Assembly (NCBI GenBank): GCA_902514485.1
Contig: CABXQY010000003.1
Span: 1 to 50,282, forward strand
DNA: 50,282 nucleotides
Direction of reading: 5' to 3'
DNA from: an uncultured Candidatus Poseidoniales archaeon
GTDB taxonomy: Archaea > Thermoplasmatota > Poseidoniia > Poseidoniales > Thalassarchaeaceae
Each line of letters starts with the position of its first letter. Positions within the stretch are counted from its first letter, which is position 1. Positions 28,490 to 36,477 of the stretch are shown here, piece after piece. The notes under the pieces are model-generated. The model saw only the letters and a program-made list of their open reading frames with translations. It was not told the DNA's origin and made no database searches. A program made the translations under genes and the position numbers.

Positions 28490-28590
28490 AATTTTTGTCT
28501 CCTTGGGGTTTTCCCCACACTAGAGACTACTATTAGAAAAAAAAGCATCACTGAAAGCCTTAAATCAACTTAGTGCATCACATTATTAGT

Positions 28591-29637
28591 ATGGGCGAAT
28601 TTAAGGGTGGGGGAACGTCATTTCCTACGGAGATCCCGTGCCCTATTTGTGAAGGTAACAAATGTAGTGTATGTGATATGGGACCTTCATTGGAGGATAT
28701 TATTCATTGCACACATTTTGATTTGAAAGGGAAAAAATACCGTAAAAGAATATGTGAATGCGTTGAAGGAGAAATTGGCTGGACCAATAAATCAGGGAAA
28801 TGGGAGAAGCTAGGTGAAAAAACAATCAAGACCAAAGAAAGGGACTTCATCACCAAACCGGTCATTAAACAATTAAAGATAGTCCATACGACCAGATGGG
28901 AAAATAAATACAATCTTAAAAAAAGGTTCGGAAACAGAGCCCGCTCATCTTTAAGAATTAGCAAAAACGTCCTTGACATATTGAATAGCCAAACCGGTCC
29001 AGCTGGTAGAAGTGCTAGGAAACAGTTTGCACAAGGCCTTCCGGCTAGTGGAAATACGCATAGAATGCGGAGACAAATACTTCTTTTATTCCATACAGAT
29101 AGCGAATATTTACTCAGGCTTCTTGAAAGTTATTTGTCCAACCCCGAATATAGGAAAAAGATAGACTCAATAAGAGGTAAAGAAATTCACAATGTAGTCG
29201 CCCATCTACCAGTATTAGAGCGAGCAACCGATGATTTAATCGATAAAATCTTATTGAAAAAGGAAGCAACACAGTCCTCTATCGCTGAAAAAAAATTAGA
29301 ATTTTTAAAACATCCACTTTTGAAAGAGAAATCAATGTGGCGATGGAATTTATGCAGATTAATTGAACTTAGAGTTATACATAAAAAATGTCAATTAGAA
29401 TTTCCACAAGACGTAGATACAGAGACTACTGCCGACGCATATGATCGCTTGTATGGAAAAACATTTGCCATTATAACTGACAAAAATGCCAAAAATGATT
29501 CCATTGAAATGATAGAAATCCCTTTCATAGATAAGATTTCAGGCGAATGGAAAGAGAGAACCGTGGAACTAAGGCGAGATACCCAAGATAAAACCCTAGA
29601 CGAATTTGGAGATGAAGAAGAAGCAGAAGGGCCTTGA
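28591..29637 (+). CDS. Hypothetical basic protein with N-terminal Cys cluster (CPIC-x4-CSVC)
   Basis: Long ORF. TTAAAT at 28560 lies 31 bp before ATG 28591, favouring that start over GTG 28573. Confidence 0.75.
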   Translation: MGEFKGGGTSFPTEIPCPICEGNKCSVCDMGPSLEDIIHCTHFDLKGKKYRKRICECVEGEIGWTNKSGKWEKLGEKTIKTKERDFITKPVIKQLKIVHTTRWENKYNLKKRFGNRARSSLRISKNVLDILNSQTGPAGRSARKQFAQGLPASGNTHRMRRQILLLFHTDSEYLLRLLESYLSNPEYRKKIDSIRGKEIHNVVAHLPVLERATDDLIDKILLKKEATQSSIAEKKLEFLKHPLLKEKSMWRWNLCRLIELRVIHKKCQLEFPQDVDTETTADAYDRLYGKTFAIITDKNAKNDSIEMIEIPFIDKISGEWKERTVELRRDTQDKTLDEFGDEEEAEGP

Positions 29638-29686
29638 AAAGTGTACAAAGGATTAGTATTATGTATCTCATTAGTGTCGTACAACA

Positions 29687-30730
29687 ATGAGTCGTTTGAA
29701 AATCAAGGACGTTCTCAAGACAAAACGAGATAAAACAATCGCTATATTCTTAGTATCTACATTCTTGTTCTCAGTCGCTTACATCGGTATTGGATATACC
29801 GTCGCATCACAAGGGATCTCCGCAAATCCTGGTTGTGGCATGTGGGCATCTAATACACCCGATAATTGGACCACTAACGATGATTGGGAGAGTTTCGAAC
29901 CATGGAATGATTCCGAAGAGCGTATTGACATAAGAAAAAATTTCGATGTATCTAATTATCAATACCAGTATGAAAACGCTTCATTTGAACCTAGAGGCGA
30001 ATCTGGCATCACTTTACGTGGTTGGTATATAGAAATTGATCCAAATGCTCCTGTAGTTATACAAACACACGGAATGCCTCAGAATGGTAAATGCAAACCA
30101 GAGATGTTGTTGATGCAAGGATATCTTGCAGAGGCAGGAATCAATAGTCTTTCTTTCGATCTAAGAAATTATGGAGATAGCGACGTTGTAAGCGATTATG
30201 TCAGTATAGGGCAAAAAGAATACAAAGACATCCTTGGAGCTTATGATTGGTTAGTTTCTGAAAAGGGATATTCACCCGGAGAAGTTGGAATGACTGCCTT
30301 CTCACTTGGTGGTGGAGCGGCAATTGCCTTTGCAGATGAACCAGGAATAGGGGCAATGTGGCTAGATAGTGCCGTACTTGACTTCCCATTAGTCATAAAG
30401 AACGAATTAGATCGATTGGGATTCCCGTCTAGCTTCGCAGGACCAGGTGTCAGAGTTGGAGGATGGCTCGCAGGAGTCAGCCTTACTGAACGTTCACCAC
30501 TAGAAGCAGCAGATAATGCGGAAGGCCGACCAGTATTCCTTACACACGGAAAAGAAGACCCCAGAGTATCAATCGAACATTCTGAAACATTTGAGGAAAG
30601 AATGATTTCTAATGATGCTAACGTTACAACATGGTATGTTGAGCAAAGAGGACATGTAGATGCTTTATGGGGCAATTCAGAAGAATATAGCTCCAAATTA
30701 GCAGAGTTCTTCTCTAACGCCCTAGTTTAG
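29687..30730 (+). CDS. Membrane-anchored alpha/beta hydrolase
   Basis: N-terminal TM helix. Motifs LRGWY, HG, FDLRNYGDS, nucleophile elbow AFSLGG, HGKEDPRV and GHVD. Confidence 0.88.
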   Translation: MSRLKIKDVLKTKRDKTIAIFLVSTFLFSVAYIGIGYTVASQGISANPGCGMWASNTPDNWTTNDDWESFEPWNDSEERIDIRKNFDVSNYQYQYENASFEPRGESGITLRGWYIEIDPNAPVVIQTHGMPQNGKCKPEMLLMQGYLAEAGINSLSFDLRNYGDSDVVSDYVSIGQKEYKDILGAYDWLVSEKGYSPGEVGMTAFSLGGGAAIAFADEPGIGAMWLDSAVLDFPLVIKNELDRLGFPSSFAGPGVRVGGWLAGVSLTERSPLEAADNAEGRPVFLTHGKEDPRVSIEHSETFEERMISNDANVTTWYVEQRGHVDALWGNSEEYSSKLAEFFSNALV

Positions 30731-30739
30731 TATTCTAAG

Positions 30740-30815
30740 TGGCGCCCCGACCGGGATTTGAACCCGGGTCGCAGCCTCGACAGGGCTGCATGATAGGCCA
30801 CTACACCATCGGGGC
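30740..30815 (-). tRNA. tRNA-Asp (GTC), CCA encoded
   Basis: Reverse complement GCCCCGATGGTGTAGTGGCCTATCATGCAGCCCTGTCGAGGCTGCGACCCGGGTTCAAATCCCGGTCGGGGCGCCA folds as a cloverleaf with anticodon GTC. Confidence 0.96.
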
Positions 30816-30924
30816 AGTAACGTTACGACAAAGGTCGTGTATTTCAATCGCACTCTGCAGGGGGTTTCGAATTAGAAGTCATTTCGGGGGATAATTCATG
30901 ACCCTCTCTCTGCTGGATTAGGTT

Positions 30925-31518
30925 ATGTCAGAGGAGAAATTGGTAATCGACGTAATCGATAATGGCGGCCAATGGACTCATAGGGAATGGCGAATGCTAA
31001 GGTATCTAGGAGTTGAAACCCAAATTTTTTCAAATAAAACCCCACTTTCAGATTTAAGAAAGGTAGATGGATTAATTCTTTCAGGTGGAGCTGCAAGAGT
31101 AGGATTAACGGGAGAATTGGGTAATTGTGCAGAATTCTTAACATTAAATGTGCCAATACTAGGTATATGCGCTGGCCACCAATTTATGGCAGGATATTAT
31201 GGTGGCGAATCTCAAGAAGCCCCCCGTCCCGAATTTGGTGCCGCTACAATAGAATTGGTTGATGGCGGCGGCGAGTTATTCGCCAACACTCCCGAGAAAC
31301 AAGGAGTTTGGGAAAGTCATAATGACGAAGTAGTAAGGGCTCCCGATGGGTTCAAAATTACTGCAGTAAGTGATAATTGCGCAATTCAGGCAATGGAGAA
31401 CAAACAAAAGAATAGATTTGGCCTACAATTTCACCCAGAAGTGAATGACTCCGAGTATGGAGATAAGATTTTTGAAAACTTTGTCAATGTCTGTTTGAGG
31501 GCTCGCGACACTCAATAA
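30925..31518 (+). CDS. guaAA: GMP synthase glutamine amidotransferase subunit A
   Basis: Motifs DNGGQWTHREWR, LSGG, PILGICAGHQ, ESHNDEV and QFHPEV. Confidence 0.93.
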   Translation: MSEEKLVIDVIDNGGQWTHREWRMLRYLGVETQIFSNKTPLSDLRKVDGLILSGGAARVGLTGELGNCAEFLTLNVPILGICAGHQFMAGYYGGESQEAPRPEFGAATIELVDGGGELFANTPEKQGVWESHNDEVVRAPDGFKITAVSDNCAIQAMENKQKNRFGLQFHPEVNDSEYGDKIFENFVNVCLRARDTQ

Positions 31519-31560
31519 TTCAACCACAGATTGAAGAAGGGTGCGCTGGTCGGCCGGTTT

Positions 31561-31830
31561 ATGGCTAAGAGCGCTGAGAAACTGATACTTCACAAATGTC
31601 GTCAGTGTAACCGTACTGATAGAAGACCTTGGAGTGAAACTGATTTACCAAAGTGCAATCATTGTGAATCTACTATGGATCCTTTAGAGATTCGATATAA
31701 ATGCCTTAGATGTGGCCATTTAGCTTGGTCGGAAGCAGGATCTACGGGCAAATCTTGCAGATCATGTGGATATCGTATATTCGTAAAACCACGTAAAGGT
31801 GGTCGGCACAAGGTTCTGAAAGCAGAATAA
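31561..31830 (+). CDS. rpoP: RNA polymerase subunit Rpo12/RpoP-like protein with an extra N-terminal zinc ribbon
   Basis: C-terminal half YKCLRCG...CRSCGYRIFVKPR...VLKAE matches the RpoP pattern. N-terminal CRQC...CNHC is additional. Confidence 0.7.
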   Translation: MAKSAEKLILHKCRQCNRTDRRPWSETDLPKCNHCESTMDPLEIRYKCLRCGHLAWSEAGSTGKSCRSCGYRIFVKPRKGGRHKVLKAE

Positions 31831-31870
31831 GAAACGTTCAGTTCAAGACCCTCCTCTTCGAGGCTAAGAC

Positions 31871-33010
31871 GTGGCGAGTTGGCTGAGTGAACATTCCCCT
31901 CAAACATTCGAGGAGTTGGCAATACCTGAAAAGTTGCGTCAGACGTTGACTTTAGCCAGTATTTCGACAACTCCTCCTAATTTTCTGATTACTGGACCGG
32001 CAGGAGTCGGCAAGACAGCCTCTTGGAAATTGGTAGCGAGACAAATGTTAGGCCCTGGTTGGCGTTCCACCACTCATGTTTTGCAGTGTCGCGATTTAGC
32101 TAGGACAAGTGGTGCGATGGCTAAATTTGAGAATTTCTTAAGACCAGGAGGCACAGATTCTTCGGACACATTGGCAGGGAGAATGTCATTGGATGCATTT
32201 GATAGAAATATAATTTCAACAAATTCATCGGATATCGCTCCAGCGGGCAAAGAAATAGAATTGAAAGAAGGACAATTACCAGTCAGTAGATTAATTGTTT
32301 TAGAAGACGCAGACCATTTGGGACATATAAGGCAAGCCTATCTTCGTAGAATGATGGAAACAGTGGGCAACGCATCTAGGTTTATTTTAGTCGCAAGAGC
32401 ACCAAGTAGAATAATTGATGCATTGAGATCTAGAACCCAGATGATTAGAATTCCTCATACTTCGAAGCCTCAATTGATAACTACTCTTGAATCAATTTGC
32501 GTGAAGGAAAAGATACCCCCTAATGATGGAGTAATTGGAGATATAGTGTATGTTTGTGCAGGAAATCTTCGAAAATCTATATTTACGTTAGAAATGTTGA
32601 GCTCTAGGGGCCTAACTTCCGACCGAGCAGCAGTCCATAAATTAGTTCAGGCAACGACACTTCAGGCAGGGCGTCATCTGCTAGAATTAGCATTAAGAGG
32701 CAAAGTAGTGGAATGGAAATGGGAAAAACAGAATGGTAAGAATCGAAAAGTTTTGACCGGAGCAATAGCCGAGGTTGACAAGTTAATGAATGAGCATGGA
32801 TTAGATTCAGATGATGTAGTTTCTCAAATACACGATGTTGTAGTAGGAAGAAGACTTTCTATTACAGATGAACTTCGTTGTGAAATATTAGATGCATTGG
32901 CTGATTGCGATACAAATCTAAGAAATTCTATGCATGCTAGAATCCCAATAGAACATTTTCTTCACAGAGTTGCTAAGGCTGGAAGAAGCCATGGGCTGGC
33001 TTTTTCATAG
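31871..33010 (+). CDS. Divergent replication factor C small-subunit-like AAA+ ATPase
   Basis: WLSEHSPQTFEEL (cf. WVEKYRP), Walker A GPAGVGKT, Walker B-like IVLEDAD, IIDALRSRT and GNLRKSI. Confidence 0.8.
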   Translation: MASWLSEHSPQTFEELAIPEKLRQTLTLASISTTPPNFLITGPAGVGKTASWKLVARQMLGPGWRSTTHVLQCRDLARTSGAMAKFENFLRPGGTDSSDTLAGRMSLDAFDRNIISTNSSDIAPAGKEIELKEGQLPVSRLIVLEDADHLGHIRQAYLRRMMETVGNASRFILVARAPSRIIDALRSRTQMIRIPHTSKPQLITTLESICVKEKIPPNDGVIGDIVYVCAGNLRKSIFTLEMLSSRGLTSDRAAVHKLVQATTLQAGRHLLELALRGKVVEWKWEKQNGKNRKVLTGAIAEVDKLMNEHGLDSDDVVSQIHDVVVGRRLSITDELRCEILDALADCDTNLRNSMHARIPIEHFLHRVAKAGRSHGLAFS

Positions 33011-33087
33011 TGGCGGGCGATCCAGGATTTGAACCCGGGTTCTCGGCTTAGGAGGCCAAGGTGATATCCAGACTACACTAATCGCCC
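33011..33087 (-). tRNA. tRNA-Arg (CCT), CCA encoded
   Basis: Reverse complement GGGCGATTAGTGTAGTCTGGATATCACCTTGGCCTCCTAAGCCGAGAACCCGGGTTCAAATCCTGGATCGCCCGCCA, anticodon loop CTCCTAA. Confidence 0.95.
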
Positions 33088-33192
33088 AGCCACGCGAGAG
33101 CATGTGCTTCAAGAAATGTAAGGGTGGCCAAAACTGCTTTTTTTGACATTATCTTCCGATGCCATCAAGGATATTGAATACCTCGTAGTGTC

Positions 33193-34623
33193 GTGAAGGG
33201 CTCTCAAGTAGAATTGCCAACCCCCTATGCGGCGGAACCCGAAACCAATTCAAACAAATCAAAAGCCTATTCGAAAAGGATAGCTAGAATCGATTCCCAG
33301 AGGAAATTTTGGACTAAAATTTCCACTATTAGGTACATGCCTTCAATCCGGTTTTGGTTTTCAATAGCCGCACCTGCATCGGCTGGCGTAATATTAACGA
33401 AATGGGAATACTCATCAGTCGAGGTTGCAATAATATTCTTTTCAATTCTCTCAATTCTTCTTTTACCTCCGCATTTTTCATCTTTATTTGCCAAAATGTC
33501 AGCTAGGCACCGCCTCCAATTACGAATTGAAGGATTCAAGTCAAAAGAAGCATATCCTGGCGTTGAAAGAATCCTTAATACACTTCATGAGAGAATATTA
33601 AGGGAAAGGGTAAGGCTATTCTCAGCAATTCTATCTGCTTTATCCTTATTCGCAGTGTGGGAAATCGAAACAGGATATGTATTAGGGCAAATACTAGTTA
33701 GTTTTTCAGTAATACTCGGTTTCATATCTTGGTTGAATACTTTCTATTTGGAAGGCTCGATTCCTATGCGTTCGAATAAGTTCCCCCTTCTTTCTTTGCA
33801 CGCACCTACTTTACATGAGAGTGTTTTGAATAGAGTGTTAACTGATGTTTTAGTTGCTCATTTAGATCCTGAAACTGCAGGAAGTTGGGATGATTGGACA
33901 ATGTCGTTAGAAGAAAAAGTCAGAGACGGTCATTCTCCTTCTGACGCTTTAGAACATATGTTGACTGCTTTACATTTGAACGATAGAGGATTATTAACTT
34001 CCGAGGAGATGATGAGTTCGATTAAAGAAGTATACAAAATATCAGCTTTGGATAAATTAAAAGACACCAATGTAAAAATAAATATTGTTAGTATTCAAAG
34101 CCTCTTAGCTCACACCAGAGCATGGCAACCCGGCTTGTTTCGTTTGATAGATAGATTACATGATTCATCAAAGAACGGCGAATTAATTTTGAGTGAAAAT
34201 AAATGGAGAACAGATTTAGATTTGCCTCCGCGTTCTTCTGATGGCCAATCGGACTTATTTGTTATGGTTCACAACGGGAGTGATTCTGATATGACCGTAG
34301 AAGTCGAAATAGTGACAGCTCATGGAGAACCAGAAGTTCAAACCCTTAGAGTGCCATGTAGGCGGACCAAGATTAAAGAAGTAGTAACTTTAGATGGATT
34401 ATTAGATTCAGCCTTAGTTTTGTGGATAGGTCTAGCGTGGCCTAGCACGGTATCCGGGCCGCATCCAGTACAGGTCACGATAAACGGAGATGATGGCAAT
34501 ACACTTTCTTCGACAATCGTCCAAACGACTTTGACCTCCAGTTTACATCCAGAAAGTGCAGGAGTTAGGATGGCAGATGCGGCAGAAGAAGTTCGAAGGC
34601 TGGCACTTTCCGTATCTGAATGA
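33193..34623 (+). CDS. Hypothetical membrane protein (about 4 TM helices plus a soluble, beta-rich C-terminal region)
   Basis: Long ORF with hydrophobic segments in the first ~190 aa. No family recognised. Confidence 0.7.
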   Translation: MKGSQVELPTPYAAEPETNSNKSKAYSKRIARIDSQRKFWTKISTIRYMPSIRFWFSIAAPASAGVILTKWEYSSVEVAIIFFSILSILLLPPHFSSLFAKMSARHRLQLRIEGFKSKEAYPGVERILNTLHERILRERVRLFSAILSALSLFAVWEIETGYVLGQILVSFSVILGFISWLNTFYLEGSIPMRSNKFPLLSLHAPTLHESVLNRVLTDVLVAHLDPETAGSWDDWTMSLEEKVRDGHSPSDALEHMLTALHLNDRGLLTSEEMMSSIKEVYKISALDKLKDTNVKINIVSIQSLLAHTRAWQPGLFRLIDRLHDSSKNGELILSENKWRTDLDLPPRSSDGQSDLFVMVHNGSDSDMTVEVEIVTAHGEPEVQTLRVPCRRTKIKEVVTLDGLLDSALVLWIGLAWPSTVSGPHPVQVTINGDDGNTLSSTIVQTTLTSSLHPESAGVRMADAAEEVRRLALSVSE

Positions 34624-34692
34624 TTAATTTTTGGATACTGCCGGGGGCGTCATCTTCTTGAGAAGGAATCTTCTCGAAGAGTCCGAGAGAAC

Positions 34693-36108
34693 ATGGAATC
34701 TTGGGATGTTGTAATTATTGGTAGCGGTCCTGCGGCCCTTCGCGCGGCGATAGCATCTTCAGATGCAGGCACAAAACCAATTGTTATAGACAGTGGAAGT
34801 ATAGGTTCAGCAACGGGTGCAGCACCAGTTAGTGGTATTGCTATTTCTTTTGATGAAGTAGACTCAACAACTCATCGAGACGATACTATTTTACTAGGAG
34901 GCGAATCATCAGATAAATCTGTTATAGCAAGAATATGTGGGAAAGGAATTGACGTATTAGCGCAATTAGAGAATTGGGGCTTAGTACTTCAAAGACGAGA
35001 TGGCGGTTTACCATTTGCTTCGGCTGGAAGTGGCCATACCCGCCCTAGACTAGTAGGGTGTGGAGACTCGACCTCTCGAGAAGTAACAAGGATTTTAGAA
35101 GAACAAGTAATGAAAAGAGGAATAGTCCGAAGAACCGATTTACAAACATTATCTTTAGTTATGGACAATAAGCAAGTAAGAGGCATTACAGTATTAAATT
35201 CACAATCTGGCGAGGTTTTTGCAATACAAGCAAAGGCAATAATTTTGGCGACAGAGGGGTATCAAGGCCTTTGGTCAGATTTGTCCGAAGGGCCAGGGAT
35301 CGGAGCAGCACTAGCGGCCTCAGCCGGCATCAAACTCCAAGGAATGTCAAATATTCCTAAGCATCAACTGACTGTTCGGGGTACAAATCTCCATCTTCCT
35401 ATTGACATTCTCAGCGTAGGAGGGAGGTATAGGACTGAGTCCGGGCAAGACATTGCTCTTGGTGAAAATACGACAGACGAAGGCTGCGTGTTAGATTTAA
35501 GGAGTTTAGAATCAGATGCTCAAATCTGGTATGCTCAGACCATTCGAAGGGTCGAAGAAAGAACCGGATTGGATCCATTATCTGATGTCATCCCTCTCAC
35601 AGAAACGGTAGCGTTTACATTAGGGGGTGCTCCAGTTGATGATAGGGGCAGGGTTACTTTCAAGTCTGAAACTATGTGGTTCACAGGACTCTATGCAGCA
35701 GGGCGTTCTGCAAACACTGGAATGCATGGCGAAGGATATTTGTCAGGAAATTTACAATTAGAAGACCTAGTCACAGGAGAAGCAGCAGGTAGCGACGCCG
35801 GAAAATGGTCCCAAACGGTACAGTTTGGTGGCAGCGAAAAAATATCCAAAGAATTAACCAGAACATCCAAAAAAATTGATAAATATTATTCATCAAATGG
35901 TCCGTCAGTAGGCGAAATTTCAAAGAAAATTTCGGTAATAGCGAAAAATATGGGTAGTATTAACGAATCTACATTATCTGTTATTAAGGAGCTTAAAAAC
36001 ACCCAGATAGGACTGACCGATGAATCCAAGGCAATGAATACTGAACTACTAAGGGCAATACAAATTAATGCGGCATTTAGTATTCTAGAATCTGCCGCAA
36101 CAAATTGA
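34693..36108 (+). CDS. FAD-binding protein, divergent SdhA/FrdA/NadB-like flavoprotein
   Basis: DVVIIGSGPAALRAA, HRDDT, AKAIILATEG, TLGG and GLYAAG...GMHG. Several catalytic motifs are degenerate. Confidence 0.8.
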   Translation: MESWDVVIIGSGPAALRAAIASSDAGTKPIVIDSGSIGSATGAAPVSGIAISFDEVDSTTHRDDTILLGGESSDKSVIARICGKGIDVLAQLENWGLVLQRRDGGLPFASAGSGHTRPRLVGCGDSTSREVTRILEEQVMKRGIVRRTDLQTLSLVMDNKQVRGITVLNSQSGEVFAIQAKAIILATEGYQGLWSDLSEGPGIGAALAASAGIKLQGMSNIPKHQLTVRGTNLHLPIDILSVGGRYRTESGQDIALGENTTDEGCVLDLRSLESDAQIWYAQTIRRVEERTGLDPLSDVIPLTETVAFTLGGAPVDDRGRVTFKSETMWFTGLYAAGRSANTGMHGEGYLSGNLQLEDLVTGEAAGSDAGKWSQTVQFGGSEKISKELTRTSKKIDKYYSSNGPSVGEISKKISVIAKNMGSINESTLSVIKELKNTQIGLTDESKAMNTELLRAIQINAAFSILESAATN

Positions 36109-36131
36109 TTTTTATCAATTGAGGTAAATAA

Positions 36132-36425
36132 ATGCGTTTTTTCAATATCACAGGTATCGCAGAAAGCGGTTCAGCAATTAGCTTATTCTTCATTGCCATG
36201 CCATTGAAATATATTGGTGGAAATGAAATTTTAGTCGAAATCATAGGGCCAATCCACGGACTTCTTTGGATAAGTTATATTGCTCTGCTTGGCATAGGAT
36301 ATATTCGAAAAGAATGGAATATTCGTGCTTTGGTTTTAGGCGGTTTCCTGTCAATTTTACCTGGAGGCCCCATTTGGCTAGAACGTCGAATTCGAAATGA
36401 AGAGTATCCCTCCTCAATCTCTTAA
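36132..36425 (+). CDS. DUF3817-like small membrane protein
   Basis: Pattern F...GIAE...LFFIAMPLKY...GPIHG...SILPGG...ER. GAGGT SD upstream. Confidence 0.8.
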   Translation: MRFFNITGIAESGSAISLFFIAMPLKYIGGNEILVEIIGPIHGLLWISYIALLGIGYIRKEWNIRALVLGGFLSILPGGPIWLERRIRNEEYPSSIS

Positions 36426-36477
36426 AAACCAAATAAGTAACCGGTGTATTCTCAACTAGACACCAATTCGACAGTGC

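Noticed and set aside
26141-29637. Intact provirus or plasmid
   Set aside because: No capsid, terminase, polymerase, recognisable Rep or recombinase, and the block is too short.
30740-33087. Introns in the two tRNAs
   Set aside because: Both are 76-77 nt with uninterrupted 7-nt anticodon loops and no bulge-helix-bulge insert.
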